Part shown: piece by piece, positions 28,473 through 37,768 of the stretch | Numbering within the stretch: position 1 is the first letter of the stretch | How the letters are laid out: every line of letters begins with the position of its first letter | Assembly: GCA_013151415.1 (NCBI GenBank) | Contig: JAADII010000144.1 | Location: forward strand, 238-64,237 | Origin: Chloroflexota bacterium | Lineage (GTDB): Bacteria > Chloroflexota > Anaerolineae > J102 | Direction: 5' to 3' | DNA: 64,000 nt | Position numbers and translations under genes: made by a program | The notes under the pieces: model-generated | What the model was told of the DNA's origin: nothing | What the model saw: the letters and a program-made list of their open reading frames with translations, nothing else | The model's database searches: none

Positions 28473-28939
28473 GAGTCCAGCGGCTCCAACACCACGACTT
28501 TGAAGGTGCGAACGCTGCGCTCCTCCATCATTTGCCAGGCGGGAAACATGTCGATCAAATGGGGCCAGAGTTCGGCTTTTTCCTCGTCTGTTGCGACATG
28601 GGCCTGCATATTGCGCCGTTCACCCTGCACCTCGATGGTCACCTGAGGATTGGCCTTGAGGTTCAGTAGCCAGGCCGGATCGCTGGATGTGCCGGCATTG
28701 GACGCCACCAGAATGTATTTCCCCTCCCGCTCGAGATAGAAAAGCGGTTTGGTGCGGGGCTTGCCCGATTTGCGACCGATGGTGGTGAGCAGGAGAACGG
28801 GCGCGCCCAGAAAGGTGTTGCCCCAACGACCCCTGCTGAGCTTTAGCGCCCAAATATTGCCAAGGGTGATCAGTTTGCGCAGGAATTTCAACAGCGCTTC
28901 ATGCCAAATGGTGAATTGATTCGTCGCACTTTGAGACAT
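28469..28939 (-). CDS. Deazaflavin (F420H2)-dependent oxidoreductase, Ddn/nitroreductase family
   Basis: LLLTTIGRKSGKPRTKPL, VASNAG...PAWLLNLKANP; ATGA overlap with kstD. Confidence 0.88.
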   Translation of the reverse strand: MSQSATNQFTIWHEALLKFLRKLITLGNIWALKLSRGRWGNTFLGAPVLLLTTIGRKSGKPRTKPLFYLEREGKYILVASNAGTSSDPAWLLNLKANPQVTIEVQGERRNMQAHVATDEEKAELWPHLIDMFPAWQMMEERSVRTFKVVVLEPLDS

Positions 28940-29025
28940 GGGTGTCGCTTCTCCTATGGCATGATTCGTGACAACAAGGAGGTTCTTCCAGGTCTCGTTA
29001 GTATAGCACCCCTGTCAAGAACGAA

Positions 29026-29057
29026 AAAGAACCCCCGAAACGTTTCGGGGGTTCTTT
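29026..29057 (-). terminator. Rho-independent terminator (perfect palindrome) after the FNR fusion gene
   Basis: AAAGAACCCCCGAAACGTTTCGGGGGTTCTTT with a U-tract on the minus strand. Confidence 0.85.
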
Positions 29058-29079
29058 ACAAAGCAAAAAAGGGGGCCGC

Positions 29080-31476
29080 TTACAGCCGCATTTGCGAGCT
29101 GTGCGGAGGCGTGATCTTCTCCTCGGGGTTCAGATCATGACAGGCGTGATTCACGGCCAAGGCGGCCTGGCCCAACCCGGTGGCGATGAGCTTGAGGTTG
29201 GCGCTGCCCTCCTGCAAGGCCACATCGCCGATGGCGTACACGCCCTCGCGGCTGGCGCGCATGAAACCATCCACCTTGATGTAGTTCTTTTCCATGTCCA
29301 GGCCCAGGTCGCGCACGAAACGTTTGTCGGCTCGGAAGCCCAGGGCCAGCAGCACCGCGTCCACGTCCAGCTCGGTTTCCTCGCCCGTGCGATTGTCGAA
29401 GATCACGGCCGATTCCACCTGACGTTTGCCTTTCACCTCCTTTAGTTCGTGGAACAGGCGCACATCCACATCGCTGGCCTGCAACTCGGCCACATTGGCC
29501 GGCGCGGCGCGGAATTCGTCGCGTCGGTGGATGAGCGTGACCTGATCGGCCCAATCCTTGAGATTGAGCGCCCACAACACCGCGGTGTCGCCGCCGCCCA
29601 CCACCAGGACCTTCTTTCCGCGCAGTTTGGCCCGCTCGCGCAAGGCGTAATACACGCCTTTGCCCTCCAGCCGTCGCACCGAGGGGTTGTCCAGTTTCTT
29701 GGGCGTGATCGCGCCAATGCCTGCGGCGATGATCAACCGGCGGCCGCGGTGCGTCTCGCCTTTGTTGTCCTTGACTTCGAACACGCCGTCGCTAACATGC
29801 ACGGATTCTGCGCGGCGGTTGGTTACGATCTCCACATCCGGTTTGAAGCGTTCGGCCTGCGAGCGCAAGGCGTTGGCGAATTCGGCCGCGCCCACCTTCA
29901 AAAAGCCGGGCGCGTCGTAGATGGTCAGCTCGGGATAGAGCGTGGACAGTTGGCCGCCCACCACAGGCAGCGCCTCGATCACGCGGGTTTTCATCTTGCG
30001 CAAACCCGCATAGAACGCAGCATACAAACCGGCCGGCCCGCCGCCAATGATGAGAATGTCCTTGGTTAGCGCTTCGATGGCCTTGTGCAAAGCCTCGAAC
30101 ATGGCTTTCACTGATGTGAACTTGACGCGCGGCCGCCCTAGCGCCTTGCCCGCCTTCACCTCGGCCGCGTCGATCAGCTTCCAATCTTGCCATGAGACGT
30201 ATTTGATCCCGCGTGCGTCAAGCAGCTCGACAATGGCCTCGGGATCGGCCTTTTCATCGTCCGCGGGCGTGATGGCGGGAACGTCTTCCAACATAAGGCG
30301 AACTGTGGCCACTGCATCGGGCTTGTTGGTGCCGATGACGCCCGTTGGACCGCGCTTGGCCCAGCCCACCACATATTCGCGGGGAACCACCTCGCCCGTC
30401 TCATACACGGTCACGCGGCCATCCTCGTTGGAAATGATGCCCCAACGTTCGTGGAATGGCACGCCTGGCAAAGGCTGACCGCGATAACCGATGGAGCGCA
30501 TGATCATGCCCACATCGAGATATTCGTATTCGCCAGTGCCGTGCGAGGCCAGATAGCCGGTCTCGGTCGCTCGCAGTTCATTTCGCTCCAGGCGCACCCG
30601 CACGACTTTGCCCTCCTCATCGCCGTAAATCTCGACGGGAGAGCGCAAAAACAGGAAGTGAATGCGCTTGGGACGACCCGACGGCCCCAGCTCGGCATAG
30701 TGCCGCATGATTTCCAGGTTGGTCTGGGCCTCGCGGTTGTCTGCAATCGCGGCTGCGCTGAGCGGGTCTAGCTCCAACTCTTTGGGGTCGATGATCACAT
30801 CGGTGACCTCCAGCTCGGCCAGCTCGCGCAGTTCGGGATTGGTGAATTTCACCTGCGCGGGGCCGCGGCGGGCGATGATGTAAATATCCTTGATGTTGCT
30901 GTTGCGCAGCGCCTTCAGCGCGTAGTCCGCGATGTCGGTCTTCTCTAGCTCGGCCGGCGAAAGCGCCATGATGCGCGCCACATCCATGGCCACATTGCCC
31001 ACGCCGATGACGGCCACGCTCTCGATGGAAAGATCGAATGTGAGGTCCGCGTAATCGGGATGACCATTGTACCAGGCCACGAAATGCGTGGCGGGATGGC
31101 TGCGCTCCAGGTCTTCACCGGGAATATTGAGGCGACGATCGGTCTGCGCGCCCACTGCATAGATCACCTGGTCGTAATATGCTAGCACGTCGTCGTGGGT
31201 GATGTCTTCGCCAAAAGTGACGTTGCCGAAAAAGCGAAAACGAGGGTCCTCGGCGATGCGGTCATAGAGTTTGGTGACCGACTTGATTTTTTGATGATCG
31301 GGCGCGACGCCATATCGGACCAGGCCATAAGGCGCGGGGAGATGGTCGAATATATCGACCGAAACCTGATAATCGCTTTGGCTGAGCAACGCCTGGGCTG
31401 CATAAAAGCCCGACGGGCCCGCGCCGATAATGGCGACGCGCAACGGGCGTTCTTCGGTGCCTATTTTGCTCGTCAT
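29080..31476 (-). CDS. Fusion of FprA/adrenodoxin-reductase-type and YumC/TrxB-type ferredoxin-NADP+ reductases
   Basis: N-half GAGPSG, GLVRYGVAPDH, GVGNVAMD, GWAKRGPTGVIGTN; C-half GGGPAGLYAAFYAG, GGQLSTLYPE, GGGDTA, GD, HSS; GGAGG SD. Confidence 0.85.
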   Translation of the reverse strand: MTSKIGTEERPLRVAIIGAGPSGFYAAQALLSQSDYQVSVDIFDHLPAPYGLVRYGVAPDHQKIKSVTKLYDRIAEDPRFRFFGNVTFGEDITHDDVLAYYDQVIYAVGAQTDRRLNIPGEDLERSHPATHFVAWYNGHPDYADLTFDLSIESVAVIGVGNVAMDVARIMALSPAELEKTDIADYALKALRNSNIKDIYIIARRGPAQVKFTNPELRELAELEVTDVIIDPKELELDPLSAAAIADNREAQTNLEIMRHYAELGPSGRPKRIHFLFLRSPVEIYGDEEGKVVRVRLERNELRATETGYLASHGTGEYEYLDVGMIMRSIGYRGQPLPGVPFHERWGIISNEDGRVTVYETGEVVPREYVVGWAKRGPTGVIGTNKPDAVATVRLMLEDVPAITPADDEKADPEAIVELLDARGIKYVSWQDWKLIDAAEVKAGKALGRPRVKFTSVKAMFEALHKAIEALTKDILIIGGGPAGLYAAFYAGLRKMKTRVIEALPVVGGQLSTLYPELTIYDAPGFLKVGAAEFANALRSQAERFKPDVEIVTNRRAESVHVSDGVFEVKDNKGETHRGRRLIIAAGIGAITPKKLDNPSVRRLEGKGVYYALRERAKLRGKKVLVVGGGDTAVLWALNLKDWADQVTLIHRRDEFRAAPANVAELQASDVDVRLFHELKEVKGKRQVESAVIFDNRTGEETELDVDAVLLALGFRADKRFVRDLGLDMEKNYIKVDGFMRASREGVYAIGDVALQEGSANLKLIATGLGQAALAVNHACHDLNPEEKITPPHSSQMRL

Positions 31477-31507
31477 CGTTGGTTGCCTCCTGGGGGGACA
31501 GTAAGGT

Positions 31508-31692
31508 AATGGGGTATTGGGGGTATTGGATATTGGGGTATTGGGGTATTAGGTATTGGGGTGTTGAGGTGTTGATATTAGGTATTGGAGGTGTTGGATA
31601 TCAGGATGCCAAAAGCGCAATTCGACACAAAACGATGCCCAATATCCAAATATCCAGTATCCAATATCTAATATCCAATATCCAGTATCCAA
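31508..31692. repeat. Short-period (7-8 nt) tandem arrays arranged as an inverted repeat
   Basis: (GGGTATTG/GGATATT)n followed by (AATATCC/AGTATCC)n. Confidence 0.85.
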
Positions 31693-31805
31693 AAGAAAAC
31701 CCGACGGTGGCGGCGGGAAATGTATTCTCGCGGTTCCGTCGGGTGGCGTTTCATTAGGCATCATTGCCATTGGCTATCAAGGTGGGATGCGAATGAGGGG
31801 CGACG

Positions 31806-32030
31806 CTACCTGGTTTTTGGGCTCATGATGTCGGCAAAGCTGCGCAATAGCGCGACTGCGGCCACCCCAAATCGTATCCATTCGGTGGCGCTGGGCGTAG
31901 ACAAGGTGGCGCCCGACTCTTCCAGCCTGGCGCGAGCCTCTTTGTTTTCGGTGGCGACCAGCGCGGCCACCAGGCCAATGGCCGCGCCAACTGCGGCGCC
32001 CACCAATAAGATGCGGGTGCGTTCGCTCAT
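31806..32030 (-). CDS. Small membrane-anchored hypothetical protein (YtxH-like)
   Basis: LLVGAAVGAAIGLVAALV N-terminal TM; AAGGAG SD at the end of the upstream gene. Confidence 0.6.
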   Translation of the reverse strand: MSERTRILLVGAAVGAAIGLVAALVATENKEARARLEESGATLSTPSATEWIRFGVAAVALLRSFADIMSPKTR

Positions 32031-32031
32031 A

Positions 32032-32334
32032 TCAACTCCTTTGGCGACGTTGCAAAGCCTTGGAGAAAGCAGAGATTGCGCCTGTCACCTGGCTGATCTT
32101 TGTCTCCGTCTGGATGATGGGATCGGTGACTTTTTGGCTATATTCGCGGCTCATTTTCGAGGCGAGGCTGGTGTATCGCTGCGCTTGAGGCAAGCCGATC
32201 CGTCGCAGCCAGCGCGCGGCCTCGCGCGTATACTTATACGAAAAATAGAGCGCGACGCCCAAGACCAGGACGATGACAATGCTCTCGATGGCCAGGAAAA
32301 TGAGGGCTAGATCTCTGCCGGTGGCTAGATTCAT
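32032..32334 (-). CDS. Small membrane hypothetical protein
   Basis: Single N-terminal TM plus an amphipathic helical tail; operonic with the downstream small gene. Confidence 0.6.
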   Translation of the reverse strand: MNLATGRDLALIFLAIESIVIVLVLGVALYFSYKYTREAARWLRRIGLPQAQRYTSLASKMSREYSQKVTDPIIQTETKISQVTGAISAFSKALQRRQRS

Positions 32335-32490
32335 ACGTTGCTCGTAATTTGTTCAGACCATTTCAAGTTGCGCAGTTCGGTCATCCGCTTCTCTGAAATG
32401 GCCTTCAGGCTGACGACGTTTTCGCAATACAAACCCGATTGTAGCAGAGAGCCGCGTGGCTGAGCAAAAGCCGTAGGAGTTGGTGACGGC

Positions 32491-33375
32491 TTACGCCATG
32501 CCCACGGTGCGTTTGGCGCTTTCCAAGGTGTTTTGCAGCAGCATGGCGATGGTCATGGGCCCAACGCCGCCGGGCACCGGCGTGATGGCCGAGGCCACTT
32601 CTTTCACCTCGTCGAAATGCACATCGCCAACGAGACGATAGCCCTTTTTCTTGGTGGGATCATCCACCGCGTTCACGCCTACGTCGATGACCACCGCGCC
32701 GGGCTTCACCCAATCCCCGCGCACCATCTGGGGCCGACCCACGGCCGCGACCAGGATGTCGGCCTCGCGCACCACATCGGGCAGATTGCGCGTGCGCGAA
32801 TGGCAAATGGTGATGGTGGCGTTGCGGTGCAAGAGCAGCATGGACACGGGCAGCCCCACAATGTTGCTGCGTCCAAGAATCACCGCGCGCTTGCCCTCGA
32901 TTTCAACGCCCGTGCGGTCGAGCAGTTCGATGCAGCCGCGCGGGGTGCAGGGCACGAACAACGGATCGCGCCGTTTCATGGACAGTCGTCCAATATTCAG
33001 AGGATGGAAGCCGTCCACATCCTTTTCCAGGCTGATGGTGCTGAGGATGGCCTCTTCGTCGATATGGGCGGGCAGAGGCAATTGCACCAGGATGCCGTGA
33101 ACTTCCGGTCGCGCGTTGATCTCGGCCACGATCTTCTGCAACTCTTCCTGGCTGATGTCGCCGGGCAAATCATAGCCAAACGACTGAATGCCCACCTCGG
33201 CGCACGCCTTTTTCTTCATGCGCACATAGGTTTGCGAATCTTTTCGATCTCCCACCAGCACCGTGGCCAACCCAGGAACCACGCCATATTGAGCCTGCAT
33301 TTTTTCCACTTCAGCTTTGATTTCACCTCGAATGGTGGCGGCAATGGCCTTGCCGTCGATGATTTTTGCGGTCAC
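32491..33375 (-). CDS. folD: Bifunctional methylenetetrahydrofolate dehydrogenase/cyclohydrolase
   Basis: YVRMK, GILVQLPLP, KDVDG, PCTP, GRSNIVGLP, TPVPGGVGPMT; AGGAGG SD. Confidence 0.97.
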   Translation of the reverse strand: MTAKIIDGKAIAATIRGEIKAEVEKMQAQYGVVPGLATVLVGDRKDSQTYVRMKKKACAEVGIQSFGYDLPGDISQEELQKIVAEINARPEVHGILVQLPLPAHIDEEAILSTISLEKDVDGFHPLNIGRLSMKRRDPLFVPCTPRGCIELLDRTGVEIEGKRAVILGRSNIVGLPVSMLLLHRNATITICHSRTRNLPDVVREADILVAAVGRPQMVRGDWVKPGAVVIDVGVNAVDDPTKKKGYRLVGDVHFDEVKEVASAITPVPGGVGPMTIAMLLQNTLESAKRTVGMA

Positions 33376-33598
33376 GAGAACCTCCTAGCTCGCGTCGATG
33401 ATGGTCCACCGTCCGATGTCCAGAATGGGCAAGCTGAACGATGGAGCGATGGGACAATAAGACGATGGTCGGCTCAGGCCAATTTCACAAAATCCGCTTG
33501 CATGGCGGTCGCTTTGTGAAATGGTCGTTTGTGTTTGATGAAATATAGCACAAAATGGCTCTTTTCGCCAAACTTTGTAGTCTTTTTTACACTTCGCT

Positions 33599-35377
33599 TC
33601 AGGTCCGACCGAACTGCCGCTCTAACTGGCGTGCGCTAAAGTGGAGGATGGTGGGCCGGCCATGCGGACAGGTGAGCGGATTTTCACATGCTTCTAGCTG
33701 GCGCAAAAGCTCTCGTTGTTCGGCCAATGAAAGCGTTTGCCCGGCCTTGATGGCCAGCCGCTTGCAGATGATGCGCACCAACGCGTCTTCCCGATCGCGA
33801 CCCACCAGATCGGCTCGTTCGCTCAGTCCATCGGCCACTTCCTCCAACAGGCGACGCGGGTCTTGTCCACTCATAAACGCGGGCACCCCGCGCAACAGAA
33901 AGCTGCCGCCGCCAAAAAGTTCGATATCGAAACCGCTTTGCTGCAATGTGGGCAGATGTTGCGCCACCGCGCCGGCCAATTGCGTGCCCAGCTCAATGAC
34001 CATGGGCTCCAGCAGTTGCTGTGTGGGGATGGGGTTTTCGCCCGCGGCCACGATCTTTTCATAAAGAATGCGTTCGTGCGCGGCGTGCTGGTCGATAAGA
34101 TAGAGCCCGTCTGGCCCTTCGGCCACCAAAAACATGGCCGACACCTGCCCCACAGGGCGCAACGGCGGCAATTTTGCGCCGCCCCGGGTGGCCGCAATCT
34201 CGCTCGCGGAGCCCACCTCAGCCCGGCTCTGTTTCGAGTCTGGCTCGGTGGACAGTCCCGCTTGCATCAAATCCATACGTAGCTGGTCCGGCTCCTCCGG
34301 CCTTTGCTCTGGCTCTCGCCGCGCGGCCCACATCGCGCGCGACCCCTCCTCCGGCTCCAGGCCCAAGCCCACTACGGACGAATGCTCCACCAACGCGCGA
34401 TGCACGGCCCGTTGCACCGCGCGAAACACCAGCGACGCCTGCCTAAAGCGCACTTCGGCCTTGGTTGGATGCACATTCACATCCACTTCGGTTGGAGCCA
34501 TCTCAATGAAAAGCGCGGCGATGGGAAAGCGCTTTTCCGGCAACATGGTGTGATAGGCTCGAACCACGGCGAATGTTAGGTTTTTGTCCTGAATGTAGCG
34601 TCGATTGACGAATAACTCGATATAACGTCGATTGGCCCGATGCAGGCTGGGCTTGCTCACGAAACCGCTCACCCGAATCCCTGGCGCGATCACGTCTTCA
34701 CCCTCTTCCACGGGTAACATTTCCCGCGCGATCTCATGGCCATAGACCTTCATCAGCGTTTCCATGCGGTCGCCCGAGCCTGTGGATTGAAAGGCCAGTC
34801 TGCCTTCGGTCACGTAAGCGAAACGCACTTCAGGATAAGCCAATGCATAGCGCGTGATGATCTGCGAAATGCGCCCGGCCTCGGTCGCGTCTGTGCGCAG
34901 AAACTTGAGCCGCGCCGGCGTGTTCCAGAAAAGATGCTCCACCGTGATGCTGGTTCCCACAGGGCCGCCCACCGAACGCCGAGCGACCAATTCACTGCTT
35001 TCCAGCTTTAGTTCGATCCCAACCGGTTCGTCCGCGCTGCGCGTGATCAGAGTGGTCTTGCTCACCGCGGCGATTGCAGCCAACGCCTCGCCGCGAAAGC
35101 CCAAAGTTTCGATATGCTCCAAATCGGCCGCGTCGCGCAGTTTCGATGTCGCGTGGCGCTGAAACGCGAGCGTCGCGTCCTGGGCCGACATGCCGCAGCC
35201 GTTGTCGATGACGCGAATCAACCGTTTGCCGCCGCCGCGAATCTCCACGCGGATGTCGGTCGCGCCTGCGTCCAGACTGTTTTCGATCAGTTCCTTCACC
35301 ACGGACGCGGGGCGTTCGACCACTTCGCCCGCGGCGATTTTATCGGCGACATCGGGAGGAAGGATGTGAATGGGCAT
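33599..35377 (-). CDS. mutL: DNA mismatch repair endonuclease MutL
   Basis: IAAGEVVERPASVVKELIENSLDAGA, GFRGEAL, DQHAAHERILYE, CPHGRP. Confidence 0.97.
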   Translation of the reverse strand: MPIHILPPDVADKIAAGEVVERPASVVKELIENSLDAGATDIRVEIRGGGKRLIRVIDNGCGMSAQDATLAFQRHATSKLRDAADLEHIETLGFRGEALAAIAAVSKTTLITRSADEPVGIELKLESSELVARRSVGGPVGTSITVEHLFWNTPARLKFLRTDATEAGRISQIITRYALAYPEVRFAYVTEGRLAFQSTGSGDRMETLMKVYGHEIAREMLPVEEGEDVIAPGIRVSGFVSKPSLHRANRRYIELFVNRRYIQDKNLTFAVVRAYHTMLPEKRFPIAALFIEMAPTEVDVNVHPTKAEVRFRQASLVFRAVQRAVHRALVEHSSVVGLGLEPEEGSRAMWAARREPEQRPEEPDQLRMDLMQAGLSTEPDSKQSRAEVGSASEIAATRGGAKLPPLRPVGQVSAMFLVAEGPDGLYLIDQHAAHERILYEKIVAAGENPIPTQQLLEPMVIELGTQLAGAVAQHLPTLQQSGFDIELFGGGSFLLRGVPAFMSGQDPRRLLEEVADGLSERADLVGRDREDALVRIICKRLAIKAGQTLSLAEQRELLRQLEACENPLTCPHGRPTILHFSARQLERQFGRT

Positions 35378-35383
35378 GTGCGC

Positions 35384-35392
35384 ATTATACCA
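35384..35392 (-). promoter_or_regulatory. Extended -10 promoter of mutL (leaderless transcript)
   Basis: Minus strand TGGTATAAT-GCGCAC-ATG, no SD. Confidence 0.6.
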
Positions 35393-35534
35393 CACAGGCG
35401 GGTGAGGCGAGGGCAAGAGAGCGCAGCTCGAGGGGGCCTTTTCATGGGCGCTTCGCTTCAGCCCTTTTCCTCTCCACCGCCCTTCCTCTTTTCCGAATTT
35501 GTGCGCGCGGTCACGGCTCGGCGATAATAGTTGC

Positions 35535-36185
35535 ATGACTCAAAACCATCGTTTGGCTCATGTCGAGCTGCTTCTTTTCGATTTGGATAACACCCTTTAT
35601 CCTCGCGATCTGGGTCTGTGGCGGGAAATCGACCGTCGCATTCTCGACTATGTTTGTCGCACGCTTGGTTTGCCGCCCGAAGAAGCGCGGCGCGTGCAAA
35701 AATACTATTGGCGCACATATGGAACCACCATCTCCGGCCTTATCGCCGAACATCAGGTCGATCCGGTTCCTTATCTTGAGTATGTTCACGATTTCGACGC
35801 CACCGTTTATTTGCAACCCAACCGCAAACTGGCCCGCATTCTCGCGGCGCTGCCTCAGCGTAAAGCCATTTTCACCAATGCCACTGCGGAGCACGCGCGC
35901 AACATTCTCACCGCGTTGGATGTGATCGAACACTTCGATCCTCTCATCGGCATGGATGATGTGGGATACATTTCCAAACCCGATCCGCGTGCATATGAGC
36001 GTTGCTTCGCCATGCTCGGGGTTGCGCCCGAACACTGCCTTTTTCTGGAGGACAGCCCCAAAAACGTTGTTCCGGCAAGGGAGATGGGCGCGCTGACCGC
36101 GCTGGTGGGCGCGGAGCGCGGCGAGGCCGATTATCACCTCGATCGCATTGAAGACCTGGCCCAACTCTTCGCTCTTGACGTTTGA
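35535..36185 (+). CDS. HAD-superfamily pyrimidine 5'-nucleotidase
   Basis: FDLDNTLY, YGTT, FTNA, KPDP, FLEDS..N. Confidence 0.88.
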   Translation: MTQNHRLAHVELLLFDLDNTLYPRDLGLWREIDRRILDYVCRTLGLPPEEARRVQKYYWRTYGTTISGLIAEHQVDPVPYLEYVHDFDATVYLQPNRKLARILAALPQRKAIFTNATAEHARNILTALDVIEHFDPLIGMDDVGYISKPDPRAYERCFAMLGVAPEHCLFLEDSPKNVVPAREMGALTALVGAERGEADYHLDRIEDLAQLFALDV

Positions 36186-37768
36186 AAGAGGAAGGCGCTA
36201 TAGTTGAGACGACGGTGCAACCAAATTTGCTGGAGAACTCGATGCGCGTTCGCACGATTGTCACCAACACCGGTTTTAATCTCATCGCCATGGTTGTGAA
36301 CTCGTTGATCGCCATGGTGATCACCCCTTATCTCATCGTTCAGTTGGGCGAAGCATTGTTCGGCGTATGGGCTTTGGCCGCGATCATCATTGTCGTGGCG
36401 CAAATGTCTGATTTTGGCCTAGGACGGGCGTTGGTGCGCAATGTGGCTCAGCATCGCTCTTTGGGGCGTTGGTCGGCCATTAGTCTAGATTTCAATAGCG
36501 ATCTGTGGCCATTGGCCCTGGTCATTCTTTTTGTGAGCGCGTTGGCGTGGGCGCTCGCGCCCCTTTTGGCTGCGGCTTTGGGCGTGCCAGAATCTTTGAT
36601 GACCGAGGCTGTTCCTGTCTTGCGGCTTTTGTGTCTGACATTTCTGCCGGTGGCCGCAGGGCTGTTGCTCGCCGCGACCCTTGAGGGCGCGCAACAAATG
36701 GGCTACACCAGCGCCGCGCTCATCTTGAATCGTCTGATTTTCGTCGGCGGCGTGGTGTGGGCTATGAGGATGGGGTGGGGCTTGCAAGGGGTTGCGGCCG
36801 CACAGTTGGCGGCCGTGGTGGCGCAAACCCTCTTTCTGGCTTTGGCCGCATTTCGGATAACGCCTACGCTGCGCGTCTCGCCGGGCCTGATTGCGCCCCA
36901 ACGTCTGCGGCATGATTTGCGCTTTGGTCGCTACATTTTTCTCACCGGTTTGGTGAGCCTTATCTTCACCGCCTCAAACAAGATCATTCTGGCCCATTGG
37001 GTGGGTTTGGAAAGCGTCGCCTTCTACGAGTTGGCCTCGGTGGTCGCGCTGCAACTATTCGCCATTGCTTTGGCCGCGGCCCAGGCCTTGTATCCAGCCT
37101 ATGCAACGGCCCATGTTCAGGGCGGTTGGCCGGCCGTGCAACGATTGTATCGCGGCGCGCTGCGCGTGTTCACTCTGACCATTGCGCCTTTGGGCGCGGT
37201 CATTATTGCTTTGGCCGCGCCGTTGGTCATGGCGTGGTTTGGGCGGTTCGAGGCCGAGCCCGTGCAGGCTATGCGCTGGCTTGTGGCCGGTTGGTTGGTG
37301 GTGAGCATGGCCGCGTCGGCATCGGTGGGGTTGCAAGCCATTGGCCGACCGGGATTGGCCGCGCTATTTTCCATTTACAACGCCGCTCTAAATCTGGCGC
37401 TTGCACTGCTGCTCGTTCCTCGTTGGGGCTTTCAAGGCGTGCTTGCCGCCAATGTTTTGGCCATCACCAGCAGCGCCCTGTTCACGCTTTGGGCGTTTCG
37501 TCGTCTGAGCGGGCTTTCTGTTCGTGAATGGTGGCGCGGCCTTTCACCAGATGTGTTGTTCTGGGTGGGTGGACTGGCTTTGGGCTTGGGATGGTTGGCT
37601 ACGCGTTTGACCGATCCCTCTTTGTTGCAGATAGTCGCCCTGGTTGCGCTTTACGCCTGCGGCTATGTGGCTGGCCTGGTGGCGTTGCGTCTTTTGCGTC
37701 CTGAAGAAAGCGCCTGGCTGCGAGAGTTTTGGGATCGAAAAGCGTTGCGTTTGGGGCTTTCTTCATGA
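36182..37768 (+). CDS. wzx: Wzx-type oligosaccharide flippase (MOP family)
   Basis: About 14 TM; ITPYLIVQLG...FGVWAL...DFGLG; start codon uncertain. Confidence 0.8.
   Translation: MKEEGAIVETTVQPNLLENSMRVRTIVTNTGFNLIAMVVNSLIAMVITPYLIVQLGEALFGVWALAAIIIVVAQMSDFGLGRALVRNVAQHRSLGRWSAISLDFNSDLWPLALVILFVSALAWALAPLLAAALGVPESLMTEAVPVLRLLCLTFLPVAAGLLLAATLEGAQQMGYTSAALILNRLIFVGGVVWAMRMGWGLQGVAAAQLAAVVAQTLFLALAAFRITPTLRVSPGLIAPQRLRHDLRFGRYIFLTGLVSLIFTASNKIILAHWVGLESVAFYELASVVALQLFAIALAAAQALYPAYATAHVQGGWPAVQRLYRGALRVFTLTIAPLGAVIIALAAPLVMAWFGRFEAEPVQAMRWLVAGWLVVSMAASASVGLQAIGRPGLAALFSIYNAALNLALALLLVPRWGFQGVLAANVLAITSSALFTLWAFRRLSGLSVREWWRGLSPDVLFWVGGLALGLGWLATRLTDPSLLQIVALVALYACGYVAGLVALRLLRPEESAWLREFWDRKALRLGLSS

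Noticed and set aside
31479-31770. Small ORFs with GYW/IQY repeats
   Set aside because: Translations of the periodic DNA repeat, with no translation signals.
33376-33598. THF or ZTP riboswitch upstream of folD
   Set aside because: A hairpin exists (33482-33522) but I could not find the conserved aptamer motifs.
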